Origin: Ignavibacteriota bacterium
GTDB taxonomy: Bacteria; Bacteroidota; Ignavibacteria; UBA10030; CAVZMI01
Assembly: GCA_963776275.1 (NCBI GenBank)
Contig: CAVZMI010000021.1
Location: forward strand, 267,183 to 331,182
DNA: 64,000 nucleotides
Direction of reading: 5' to 3'
This document shows, in pieces, positions 30,368 to 40,417 of this stretch. Under the pieces are notes generated by a model. That model made no database searches. It was given only the letters and a program-made list of their open reading frames with translations, and was not told the origin of the DNA. Positions within the stretch are counted from its first letter, which is position 1. The number at the start of each line of letters is the position of its first letter. The position numbers and the translations under genes are program-made.

Positions 30368-31507
30368 ATGAAAAAACGAATTTTTTATTCTGCTGTTGCA
30401 ATAGCAGTTCTCACAATCCTATCATGTACTCACAATAAAAACGGAAAATCTATGACCGAGACAACTCTCTATGGGAAACTACCGGATGGCCGTGAGGTGC
30501 ATCAATATACGCTGACGAACAGCGCCGGCAGTAAGGTAAAAATCATTAATTTTGGGGCGACAGTAACATCACTGGAGGTCCCAGATCGCAACGGAAAACT
30601 CGAGGATGTTGTCCTTGGTTATGATTCACTCCAGGGTTATATAAGCTGTAAGTCATACCTGGGTGTCATCGTCGGGCGATATGGGAATCGCATTGCAAAA
30701 GGTCGGATCCAGTTGGATGGAAAGACATATCAGCTAACGATGAATGATGGAGAGAATCACCTTCATGGAGGGAAACTTGGATTCGAAAAAAGACTCTGGG
30801 ATGCAAAGGTTGTGAAAGAAAGCAACGATCCTTCTCTCGAACTTACCTACGTCGACCCTGAGGGTGAAGAAGGTTATCCGGGGAAAGTCACAATAACAGT
30901 AACGTATATATGGACGGAGAAAAACGAACTGCGTATCGAGTACAGAGGAACAACAGACAAAACAACCATACTCAATCCCACACATCATTCATATTTTAAT
31001 TTATCAGGTTCGCCTGCGAATCCAATCTTGGACCACCTCCTGACAATTGAAGCCGATTCCATCACTCCGGTGGATAAGGGACTCATCACAACCGGTAAAT
31101 ATACGAACGTGGCAAATACACCGATGGATTTTCGTGTCCCTACAGCAATCGGCGCGCACATTAATGATCAATATGAGCAGCTGATATTTGGAAAAGGATA
31201 TGATCACAATTGGGTTCTGAGAAATTTCAATGGCAAAGTCCGCAAGGCTGCGGAACTCTATGATCCAAAGAGCGGGCGTCTCATGACCATGTACACCGAT
31301 CAGCCAGGACTCCAATTCTATTCCGGCAATTTCCTTGATGGAACAATCAAGGGGAAAAAAGGAATCGCATATCAACATAGGACCGGTCTTTGCCTTGAAT
31401 CTCAATGTTATCCCGATTCGCCGAATAAGCCGGAATTTCCTTCGGTTGTCCTGAAGCCGGGCGGCGTCTATCGTCAAACGACTATCTACCAATTCTCGAC
31501 AAAATAA
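30368..31507 (+). CDS. galM: Aldose 1-epimerase (mutarotase), lipoprotein signal
   Basis: GRYGNRIAKG, NHLHGG, NPTHHSYFNL, GYDHNW, QFYSGNFL, CLESQCYPDSPN. Confidence 0.92.
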   Translation: MKKRIFYSAVAIAVLTILSCTHNKNGKSMTETTLYGKLPDGREVHQYTLTNSAGSKVKIINFGATVTSLEVPDRNGKLEDVVLGYDSLQGYISCKSYLGVIVGRYGNRIAKGRIQLDGKTYQLTMNDGENHLHGGKLGFEKRLWDAKVVKESNDPSLELTYVDPEGEEGYPGKVTITVTYIWTEKNELRIEYRGTTDKTTILNPTHHSYFNLSGSPANPILDHLLTIEADSITPVDKGLITTGKYTNVANTPMDFRVPTAIGAHINDQYEQLIFGKGYDHNWVLRNFNGKVRKAAELYDPKSGRLMTMYTDQPGLQFYSGNFLDGTIKGKKGIAYQHRTGLCLESQCYPDSPNKPEFPSVVLKPGGVYRQTTIYQFSTK

Positions 31508-31532
31508 ATCAATACCAAAGGAGACATTTCTC

Positions 31533-33291
31533 ATGGCTATACTACACCCTATTGACTGGATAGTTATTGCCGGTTACTTCGGACTTATTATCGGCATCGT
31601 CGTTTGGGTCATGCGAAAACAGAAAAAAACATCCGACGGATATTTTCTAGCCGGTCGTGAATTAGGATGGTTCATCATAGGCGCATCAATTTTCGCCTCA
31701 AATATTGGATCCGAGCATCTGGTCGGGCTGGCGGGATCAGGAGCCACGGATGGTGTCGCAATGGCACATTACGAGCTTCATGCCTGGTGTTTACTGGTGC
31801 TGGCGTGGGTGATGGTCCCGTTCTATATGCGCTCGAAGGTATTTACAATGCCTGAGTTTCTCGAAAGGCGTTTTTCTCCGACAGCACGGACAGTGCTTTC
31901 TCTTATTTCGCTGGTAGCATATATTCTTACAAAAATCGCCGTGGGGATTTTTGCGGGAGGTGTTGTGTTTTCTGTGCTTCTTCCCGACCTGAACCTTTGG
32001 GGGATGGATAGTTTCTGGATAGGATCGGTTCTCGTAGTCGTCATTACCGGTCTCTATACGATTGTCGGGGGGATGAAAGCCGTTGCCTATACTGAAGCAA
32101 TCCAGACAATTATTTTGGTCATTGGATCCGCGCTCGTAACCGTGTTCGGTCTCCATGCACTTGGCGGATGGTGCCGTGCTTCGTGCAATCGTCTCCAATC
32201 CGAGCGGCTATTCCGAAATGTTTAACCTCTGGAAACCTATCGTCCCGGCCGGGGTAGAAAGCACATGGGCTCCTGTGAAAGAGGCCGGAAAAATGGCGTG
32301 GTATTTCAATAGTAATTATCCATGGATTGGAATGCTCGTTTGTGCCCCTGTCATCGGATTATGGTACTGGTGTACCGATCAATACATCGTCCAAAGGGCC
32401 TTAACGGCACCGAATGAGACACAGGCGAGGCGTGGTTCGATCACAGCTGCCTTTTTTAAATTGCTTCCCGTATTTATTTTCATTATTCCTGGAATAATAT
32501 GCTATGCATTGGCAACACACATGCCTAAGGCATATCCACAGTTGACGGAAATTTTGATCGATCGTGATCATGCGCAGAGTGCGTTCCCTCTTATGGTTGC
32601 TTATGTTTTACCGATCGGTATACGCGGTATTGTTGTCGCAGGACTTCTCGCCGCATTGATGAGTTCACTGGCTGGTGCGTTCAATGCTTCTGCAACATTG
32701 TTCACAATTGATTTCTATCGACGCATGCGTCCCGGGATTTCTCAGGAAAGACTTGTGTGGGTCGGTAGGGTTGCTACGGCTGTGATGGTTGTCATCGGCC
32801 TTCTCTGGATTCCAGTTATACGAGGTGGACGAGGTTTGTATGATTATCTCCAGGGCGTTCAAGCATATCTGGCACCACCGATATTTGTCGTCTTCTTCCT
32901 GGGTGTGTTCTATAAGCGATTGAATGCAAAAGGATGCCTCTGGGCTCTTACCACAGGTTTTACGTTAGGAATCATACGTCTCGCAATTGATACTCCGGTT
33001 AAACTCATGACAGGATTTCAATATGATACAGGATCATTTTTATGGATCGTGAATCATATCTTCTTCCAATACTATAGTATGATCATTCTGGCCGTATCGG
33101 CGATTGTGATGATTGTCGTCAGTTATATGACCGAGAAGCCGGACTATGTAAAGATCAGCGGATTGACCTATGCGACCAGAACAGAAACGGACAAGCAAGT
33201 CACGAGGGCGAGCTGGACTAAATCCGATGTCGTGTTATCGTGTGTCGTCCTGGTGCTCATCCTCTGCGCCTATATCTATTTTACGGGTTGA
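31533..33291 (+). CDS. Sodium:solute symporter (SSS/SLC5), probable pentose transporter; frameshift near 32170
   Basis: YFLAGR, ASNIGSEHLVGLAGSG, TMPEFLERRF, WYWCTDQYIVQR, LAALMSSL. Confidence 0.9.
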
Positions 33292-33313
33292 TCGAATTGG
33301 AGAGTAATCAGCA

Positions 33314-35014
33314 TTGGGTAAATACGTTATCGGTTTAGATTTCGGCACAAACTCCTGCCGTTCAGTTGTCGTCGATGTTGCCGACGGAAAGGAATTGGCG
33401 AGTCATGTCTTTCCCTATCCTTCCGGAAAAGACGGGGTAATCGTGGATTCTACAAATCCGAATCTGGCCCGGCAGAATCCTGCCGATTATATCAAAGGGA
33501 TAGAAGCTGCTATAAAAGGGGCAATTAAAAAAGCAAAGTCCGTCAAGAAAAAATTCTCCGCCGCCGATATCATCGGCATCGGAGTCGATACGACCGGCAG
33601 CAGTCCTTTACCCGTTGATGCTCAAGGGAAGCCCTTATGTTTTGACAGGAAGTTCAGGAAAAATCCTGCCGCGATGGTATGGCTTTGGAAAGATCACACA
33701 GGTTATGCCGAAGCCGAACAGATCACGGAATTGGCTTCGAAAATCCGCCCGCAATATCTTTCCAAAATCGGCGGCACATATTCTTCGGAATGGTGGTGGA
33801 GTAAAATTCTTCACTGCAAGAATATTGCACCGGATGTGTTCGATACAGCACACAGCTGGGTAGAAATCTGCGATTGGATTCCTGCCGTTCTGGTGGGAGA
33901 ATTATCTCCCTCTATAATTAAGCGCAGCATCTGCGCGGCGGGTCACAAGGCAATGTTCAATTCATCGTGGCAGGGTTTGCCGGATGAAGAATATCTCGAA
34001 GAACTTTCACCAGGGCTCGGTCCGCTTCGGGCACGACTCTATAACGAAGCTTACACAGCCGATAACCTTGCCGGATATTTATCGAAGGAGTGGGCAATTA
34101 AATTAGGACTTTCCACTTCGGTTGCAGTCGCCGTTGGCGCGTTTGATGCCCATATGGGCGCTGTCGGCGCCGGAATTTCCATCGGGACGCTGGTGAAGAT
34201 CGTTGGGACGAGTACCTGCGACATCATGATTCATCCGCATAAAGAAAAGCTGAACGATATTCCCGGTGTCTGCGGGATCGTCGATGGCTCGGTGATGGAT
34301 GGCTATTTCGGCATCGAGGCCGGTCAATCCGGTGTCGGCGATATTTTTCTTTGGTTCGTCAATAACCTTGTTTCTGCGAGATTTGGCAAAACGCAGGATG
34401 AAAAATTCAAGAATCTTGAAAAAGCGGCTGCTAAGTTACTTCCGGGTGAAAGCGGACTCCTCGCACTCGATTGGAATAACGGCAACCGGACTATTCTTGT
34501 CGATGTCCGCCTCACAGGATTACTGCTCGGTCAGACATTGCATACCGGACCGCACGAAATCTACCGTGCATTGATCGAAGCAACAGGTTTTGGCGCACTG
34601 GCAATTATTGACCGTATAGAAGAATACGGTGTTAAAGTAAAAGAAGTAATCAATTGCGGCGGATTGGCTTCGAAGAATACATTGATGATGCAAATCTACG
34701 CCGACATTACCGGCCGTCCGATGAAAATATCACGCAGCGATCAGACTCCGGCGCTTGGTGCCGGTATCTTCGCAGCTGTTGCAGCAGGAAAGAAAGCCGG
34801 TGGTTACGATTCCGTCGAAGAAGCGCGGAATGCAATGACCGGTACAGGAAAACAATATCTGCCGATCAAAGAGAACCACGAGACCTACAAAAAGCTCTAC
34901 AAGCTTTATCGGCAGCTCTATGACGGGTTTGGAACGAAAGAGTGGAACGGCGGAATGTATAACATAATGAAGAACCTTTTAGTATTACGTGATGAGGTAA
35001 GAAAAACAAAATGA
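33314..35014 (+). CDS. araB: Ribulokinase
   Basis: [56 protein letters not shown]. Confidence 0.92.
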   Translation: MGKYVIGLDFGTNSCRSVVVDVADGKELASHVFPYPSGKDGVIVDSTNPNLARQNPADYIKGIEAAIKGAIKKAKSVKKKFSAADIIGIGVDTTGSSPLPVDAQGKPLCFDRKFRKNPAAMVWLWKDHTGYAEAEQITELASKIRPQYLSKIGGTYSSEWWWSKILHCKNIAPDVFDTAHSWVEICDWIPAVLVGELSPSIIKRSICAAGHKAMFNSSWQGLPDEEYLEELSPGLGPLRARLYNEAYTADNLAGYLSKEWAIKLGLSTSVAVAVGAFDAHMGAVGAGISIGTLVKIVGTSTCDIMIHPHKEKLNDIPGVCGIVDGSVMDGYFGIEAGQSGVGDIFLWFVNNLVSARFGKTQDEKFKNLEKAAAKLLPGESGLLALDWNNGNRTILVDVRLTGLLLGQTLHTGPHEIYRALIEATGFGALAIIDRIEEYGVKVKEVINCGGLASKNTLMMQIYADITGRPMKISRSDQTPALGAGIFAAVAAGKKAGGYDSVEEARNAMTGTGKQYLPIKENHETYKKLYKLYRQLYDGFGTKEWNGGMYNIMKNLLVLRDEVRKTK

Positions 35015-35705
35015 GGCTCGAACAACTACTGGAAGAAGTCCTGCAGGCCAATCTCCAGTTAGTGAATGCCGGTCTGGTAACACTCACATGGGGCAATGTC
35101 AGCGGTATACATCGTGCGGAAGGACTGGTTGTCATAAAACCAAGCGGTGTTGGATATGATTCTATCACTGCCGCCGATATGGTTATTGTGGATTTGGAAG
35201 GAAAGGTTGTCGAGGGCAAGCTTCGTCCATCTTCGGATACGCCAACACATTTGAAACTATACAAGGCGTTTCCTGCAATTGGAGGAATCACTCACACACA
35301 TAGTGTTTATGCAACAATGTTTGCACAGGCGTGCCTTGAAATCCCGTGCCTCGGAACAACACACGCGGATCATTTCGCGGGCCGGTCCCTGTCACCCGAT
35401 TCCTCACGGAAGATGAAGTTCAAGGCGGCTATGAATCCAACACGGGAACAGTAATTATCGAGCGATTCGCACACCTGGATCCAATGAGCAATCCGGCTGT
35501 CCTGGTTGCCGGCCATGCTCCGTTCTCATGGGGAAAAAATGCTACCGACTCGGTGAAGAACAGCATCGCACTGGAATGTGTCGCGCAGATGGCGATCGGA
35601 ACACTTCAATTGAATCCGAACACGGCCTCACTTCCCAAATATATTCTTGAAAAGCATCATCAACGAAAACACGGGCCTGATGCGTATTACGGCCAAAAGA
35701 AATAA
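35011..35705 (+). CDS. araD: L-ribulose-5-phosphate 4-epimerase; frameshift near 35380
   Basis: [55 protein letters not shown]. Confidence 0.92.
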
Positions 35706-35720
35706 ATCGGAGAATTATTA

Positions 35721-37199
35721 ATGAAAAATATTCCTGCCATTAACCTTGGTATCGCTGCCGTTAGCCGCGATTGTTTTCCCATTGAACTTTCCCGAAAGCG
35801 CCGCCAAAATGTTATTACGGCATGCAAAGGACTCAATGTACCTGTTATCGAGCTTGAGACAATTATTGAAAACGAGCGCGATGTTCTAAAAGCACTGGAA
35901 GAAATACGACGAAAGAAAATTAATGCCCTGGCATTGTACCTTGGCAATTTCGGACCGGAAGGGCCGACAACGCTGCTGGCCGAGAAATTCGGCGGACCGG
36001 TGATGGTCGTCGCCGCTGCCGAAGATACCGGAAAGGATCTGATTAATGGCCGCGGTGATGCATATTGCGGATTATTAAGCGCATCGTACAATATAGGCCT
36101 GCGCCGTCTGAATCCCTACATCCCGGAAAATCCCGTTGGGGATCCGAAGGATATAGCTTTAATGCTTTCGGAATTTATTCCAGTTGCGCGAATTGTCAAC
36201 GGCGTTAAAAATCTCAAAATTATATCCTTCGGACCGCGTCCGTTCGATTTCCTAACGTGCCACGCCCCCATCCAACCGCTGTATGATCTAGGTGCTGAAA
36301 TAATGGAAAACAGCGAGCTTGATCTGCTGGATATCGTGCAGGCTGAAAAGGGAAATCCGGAAATCAAGCGCATAGCAAAAGAAATGAATGATGAATTAGG
36401 ACAGGGGAATACCTATCCCGACCTTATCGAGAAACTTGCCCAGTACGAGTATGCACTTGAAAAATTCATGAATGCAAATATCGGCGCCTCGAAATACGCC
36501 GCCTTTGCGAACAAATGCTGGCCCGCATTCGAAAAATATTTTGGACATGTGCCATGCTACCTGAACTCGCGTCTGGCTGCAAAAGGAATTCCCGTCGCAT
36601 GTGAAGCCGATATTTACGGAGCGTTAAGTGAATATATGTCCGTGTGTGCTACGGAAGTTCCTCCCGCCATCCTGGATATTAATAATACCGTTCCAAAAGA
36701 TATGTATGAAGAAAATAAACAGACAATCGGGAATTACTCCTTGACCGATCTGTGGATGGGATTTCATTGCGGGAATACTTCAGCAGGATGTCTTGTCCAA
36801 CCAATCATGCAATATCAACTCATCATGCACCGGCTGATGGAACCGGAACAAAAACCAAATATCACAAGAGGAACACTCGAAGGACAGATCAAAGCCGGTC
36901 CGATTTCAATCTTCCGGATTCAGGCAACATCCGACGCCGCGATACGTGCCTATGTTGCAGACGGAGAAGTATTAAATATCAATCCGAAGTCCTTCGGCTC
37001 TATCGGTGTGTTTGCTATTGATGAGATGGGACGCTTCTACCGTCACGTACTAATTGAGAAACGCTTCCCGCATCACACCGCTGTCGCATTCAAACATGCC
37101 GGTAAGGCGCTTTTTGCTGCATGCAAGATGCTTGGTGTAAGCGATGTATTTTTCAATTATCCTAAGGGTGTATTCTATCCATCAGAAAACCCCTTTTAA
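35721..37199 (+). CDS. L-fucose/L-arabinose isomerase-family protein
   Basis: AVSRDCFP, YLGNFGPEGP, RGDAYCG, NKCWP, CEADIYGALSE, GFHCGNT, FPHHTAVAF; follows araB-araD. Confidence 0.8.
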   Translation: MKNIPAINLGIAAVSRDCFPIELSRKRRQNVITACKGLNVPVIELETIIENERDVLKALEEIRRKKINALALYLGNFGPEGPTTLLAEKFGGPVMVVAAAEDTGKDLINGRGDAYCGLLSASYNIGLRRLNPYIPENPVGDPKDIALMLSEFIPVARIVNGVKNLKIISFGPRPFDFLTCHAPIQPLYDLGAEIMENSELDLLDIVQAEKGNPEIKRIAKEMNDELGQGNTYPDLIEKLAQYEYALEKFMNANIGASKYAAFANKCWPAFEKYFGHVPCYLNSRLAAKGIPVACEADIYGALSEYMSVCATEVPPAILDINNTVPKDMYEENKQTIGNYSLTDLWMGFHCGNTSAGCLVQPIMQYQLIMHRLMEPEQKPNITRGTLEGQIKAGPISIFRIQATSDAAIRAYVADGEVLNINPKSFGSIGVFAIDEMGRFYRHVLIEKRFPHHTAVAFKHAGKALFAACKMLGVSDVFFNYPKGVFYPSENPF

Positions 37200-37317
37200 A
37201 TTGTGACCTGTCCCTACGGGTCGTAGACCGTCGGCCTGTCCACCGTAGTGAAACGAAGGCGGAAGTCCCGATTCTTAATCCTGAGATTGTCGAAGGATAT
37301 CGGGACGTAGGCGGAGT
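37198..37317. repeat. Nested REP-like palindromic repeat cluster
   Basis: CCTGTCC(A/G)CCGTAGTGAAAC.AAGGCGGA, TCCCGA...TCGGGA and CCTGAG..TGTCGAAGGA units nested; shares AATTGTGACCTGTCC with the cluster at 43910. Confidence 0.7.
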
Positions 37318-37432
37318 TATGAATTGAGAGCTAGACCTGTGAAGAGTTCTGGCTTTTTTATAATTCTGAAAAAAACACAGCAGCCCCCCTTATTACTACC
37401 ATACATCATTGGATTGTTTTCGTTTATTTCTC

Positions 37433-37461
37433 TTGACATTGCCTGCTGTACAACCTAAATT
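37433..37461 (+). promoter_or_regulatory. sigma70-type promoter for the polyamine operon
   Basis: TTGACA-17 bp-TAAATT. Confidence 0.55.
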
Positions 37462-37517
37462 TATGGCTATTAAATTGGTCTTTATGTTAATATTCGATTG
37501 CGTAGAAAGGTAAGATC

Positions 37518-38744
37518 ATGGAGCACGGTAAAACAGAACCCGGAGGGTATAAGATGAAAGATCATTCGGGAAAAGAGAAATATCTCGCCGGAAAACGTGT
37601 CCTCCCCCAGCCTATTTCGAAGGAGAGCGATATAGCAGCCGTGATAGACAACATGGATGCTTATAATGGAGGAAGACTTCGTGCCGCCTGTCAATTATTG
37701 CGCGATAAATATTCACAGGAGGATGTTACAATCGGAGTAAGCCTTGCCGGTGCCTTAACCCCGGCCGGCCTGGGACCGTCTACCATCATTCCGCTTATGA
37801 ATCATGGATTCGTGGATTGGATGACCGCCACGGGTGCCAATATGTACCATGATCTGCATTTTGCTTTCAACATGCCGCTGTTCCGCGGCAGTCATAATGT
37901 CGACGACGCCGATCTTCGCGATAAAGGCGTTACCAGAATTTACGACATTCTATTCGATTATGAAGATGTACTGATGGAGACGGACCGGAGACTTCGCAGA
38001 ATCATGCTGCGGCCGGAATTCCAGAAAGAAATGGGAACCCGTGAATTCTACCATCATCTGGGCAAAGTGATCAATGAATATGAGCAAAAAAATAGTCTGG
38101 GCGAAGTCAGCGTCATAGCGGCGGCGTATCGTAACGGCATACCGATCTTCACATCGTCGCCCGGCGATTCCACAATAGGTATGAATGTGGCCGGATTAGA
38201 ACTCCTGGCCGAGGCATCCGAATTACTGGATAAATTCAGACTAAAAATAAATCCGAGCATCAACGTCAACGATTCAACTGCCATCATCCTGAATGCCAAG
38301 AAATATGAAAACGGAAAAACCGGTGTTATACTGATCGGAGGCGGCAGTCCTAAGAACTTCATGCTTCAGACCGAGCCGCAGATACAGGAAGTCCTGATGA
38401 TTCCCGAAGCAGGTCAGGATTACGACATCAATATTACAGATGCCCGGCCCGATACGGGCGGACTTTCGGGCGCACCGCCCAGCGAAGCGGCCAGCTGGGG
38501 AAAAATCGATCCAACGAAATTGGATGAAACCGTAACAGCGTACATCGATGTCACGGTGGGATTCCCGCTGATGGTCGCCTACGTACTGCAAACCACAAAA
38601 CCCAAGAAGTTGAAACGGCTGTACGATCGTGGGGAAGAATTAAGGAAGAAACTGATTAAATCGTATCTCGAGAACAATAAAGAAGTCGAAGAACTAAAGT
38701 CGCTTATTATGAAGCTAATCGTACCATACAAAAACGAGGTCTGA
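37518..38744 (+). CDS. Deoxyhypusine synthase-like protein (probable homospermidine synthase activity)
   Basis: SLAGALTPAGLG, TGANMYHDLH, SSPGDSTIGM, GGGSPKNF, DARPDTGGLSGAPPSEAASWGK. Confidence 0.85.
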   Translation: MEHGKTEPGGYKMKDHSGKEKYLAGKRVLPQPISKESDIAAVIDNMDAYNGGRLRAACQLLRDKYSQEDVTIGVSLAGALTPAGLGPSTIIPLMNHGFVDWMTATGANMYHDLHFAFNMPLFRGSHNVDDADLRDKGVTRIYDILFDYEDVLMETDRRLRRIMLRPEFQKEMGTREFYHHLGKVINEYEQKNSLGEVSVIAAAYRNGIPIFTSSPGDSTIGMNVAGLELLAEASELLDKFRLKINPSINVNDSTAIILNAKKYENGKTGVILIGGGSPKNFMLQTEPQIQEVLMIPEAGQDYDINITDARPDTGGLSGAPPSEAASWGKIDPTKLDETVTAYIDVTVGFPLMVAYVLQTTKPKKLKRLYDRGEELRKKLIKSYLENNKEVEELKSLIMKLIVPYKNEV

Positions 38745-38746
38745 TT

Positions 38747-38971
38747 ATGAGTCGAAAAGTAAGTGTTGTTATCGAAAAGGATGAAAATGGATATTATGCC
38801 TATTCCCCAGAGTTAGAGGGGTGTCAATCACAGGGAGATTCTTTTGAAGAGGCATTAAATAATATCCGGGAAGCCATCGAACTTTATCTCGAAACATTGA
38901 CAGATCAGGAACTTGATGAACTCCTCAGTCAAGAGATAGTAACAACATCTCTCGAGGTAAAAGTTGTCTAA
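38747..38971 (+). CDS. hicB: HicB-family antitoxin
   Basis: VVIEKDENGYYAYSPELEGCQSQGDSFEEALNNIREAIELYLE. Confidence 0.9.
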   Translation: MSRKVSVVIEKDENGYYAYSPELEGCQSQGDSFEEALNNIREAIELYLETLTDQELDELLSQEIVTTSLEVKVV

Positions 38972-39173
38972 ACAACCACGGTTGACAGCGTTGGAGGCTG
39001 AAGCGTTACTTCTAAAAGCGGGTTTTTTCCTTCTCCGCTCGAGAGGGAGTCACCGAATTTATCGAAAAAACAATCGCCGTATTGTTGTCCCTTTTCACGG
39101 TGAGAAAGCACTCCATCCAAAAATAGTCAAACAAATTCTTGATGCCTCTCAAAAAATTGATGATGGGAAATAA
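38964..39173 (+). CDS. hicA: HicA-family mRNA interferase toxin
   Basis: LLKAGFFLLRSRGSHRIY...IVVPFH; overlaps hicB by 8 bp. Confidence 0.88.
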   Translation: MSKQPRLTALEAEALLLKAGFFLLRSRGSHRIYRKNNRRIVVPFHGEKALHPKIVKQILDASQKIDDGK

Positions 39174-39179
39174 TCTTTC

Positions 39180-40319
39180 ATGAACGAAGATCTTCTGGAA
39201 CTTGTCGAGCAGCACGGCACACCGCTCTGCATACTCGATCACAACAAAATTCGTGAGAACTACAGGACGTTCAAAAAGCACCTGCCGCGGGTTCAGTGTT
39301 ACTACGCAGTGAAAGCCAATTCCACGCAGCAGATCATCGAGACATTATTTAAAGAAGGATCGAGTTTCGATGTGGCTTCATACAACGAATTTATGCAGGT
39401 ATATAAATACATCAGGAATTTCGAGAAGAAGGAAAAAAAATATTTTATATGGGACAAAATAATATTTTCCAATACAATAAAAGATAAAGCGACACTACGC
39501 AAGATAAAGGAATACAAACCGCTTGTTACTTACGACAATATTGACGAGCTGAAAAAAATTAAAGAACACTGTGAAACCGCAGGACTCGTACTGCGGCTGA
39601 AGGTTCCCGATACCGGATCACAGGTTGAGATGAGTTCGAAATTCGGTGCAGAACCGTCCGATGCCCAGAAACTGATCCAGGAAGCGTTCAACATCGGATT
39701 GAAGGTTGAAGGCATAAGCTTTCATGTCGGCAGTCAGTGTACCAATTTCGATAATTTCACCGAGGCGCTGGCTATTACATCGGTAATTTTTCACAACGCA
39801 CGTAAAAAGGGATTCAATGTGAATCTGATCGATATCGGTGGAGGATTCCCGGTTCCGTATGACCCGCAGGTCCCTGAGTTTGAAAAACTAGCGGCAATAT
39901 TGAATTCAGAGTTTAAACGGCTCTTCCCGGATGATATTGAAATACTGGCTGAACCCGGAAGGTTTATCGTTGCTACTGCTGCCACACTTGTGTCGGAAAT
40001 CATCGGTAAAGCTCGCCGTGAAGGGAAAATATTTTACCATATCAACGACGGCGTGTACCACACATTTTCCGGTGTTGTGTACGATCACTGGATTCCCAAT
40101 TTCAACGCGTTCAAAGAAGGCGAGCATGAAGTGTGTGCAGTGGTGGGACCGACTTGTGACAGCTTCGACAAGATAACTCTCTCGGCCGATCTGCCCGCGA
40201 ACCTGGAACTGGGCGATTATCTGTACACCGAGAACATCGGAGCATACGGAACCGCATCGTCGACCAAATTCAACGGTTTCGACGGGGCGAAGATCATCCA
40301 TAGCAATTTTGACATATAG
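39180..40319 (+). CDS. Type III PLP-dependent ornithine/lysine decarboxylase
   Basis: YYAVKAN, FDVAS, KFGA, SFHVGSQ, DIGGGFP, EPGRF, GPTCDSFD, GAYGTASSTKFNGF. Confidence 0.9.
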   Translation: MNEDLLELVEQHGTPLCILDHNKIRENYRTFKKHLPRVQCYYAVKANSTQQIIETLFKEGSSFDVASYNEFMQVYKYIRNFEKKEKKYFIWDKIIFSNTIKDKATLRKIKEYKPLVTYDNIDELKKIKEHCETAGLVLRLKVPDTGSQVEMSSKFGAEPSDAQKLIQEAFNIGLKVEGISFHVGSQCTNFDNFTEALAITSVIFHNARKKGFNVNLIDIGGGFPVPYDPQVPEFEKLAAILNSEFKRLFPDDIEILAEPGRFIVATAATLVSEIIGKARREGKIFYHINDGVYHTFSGVVYDHWIPNFNAFKEGEHEVCAVVGPTCDSFDKITLSADLPANLELGDYLYTENIGAYGTASSTKFNGFDGAKIIHSNFDI

Positions 40320-40417
40320 TAACAACCCCAGCTACCAACTTCATACGGGGTTTGCACAACGATACCATTTCAAGCAATCGAAATTATCTAATTCCTTTCA
40401 ATGATGGATTATCGCAC

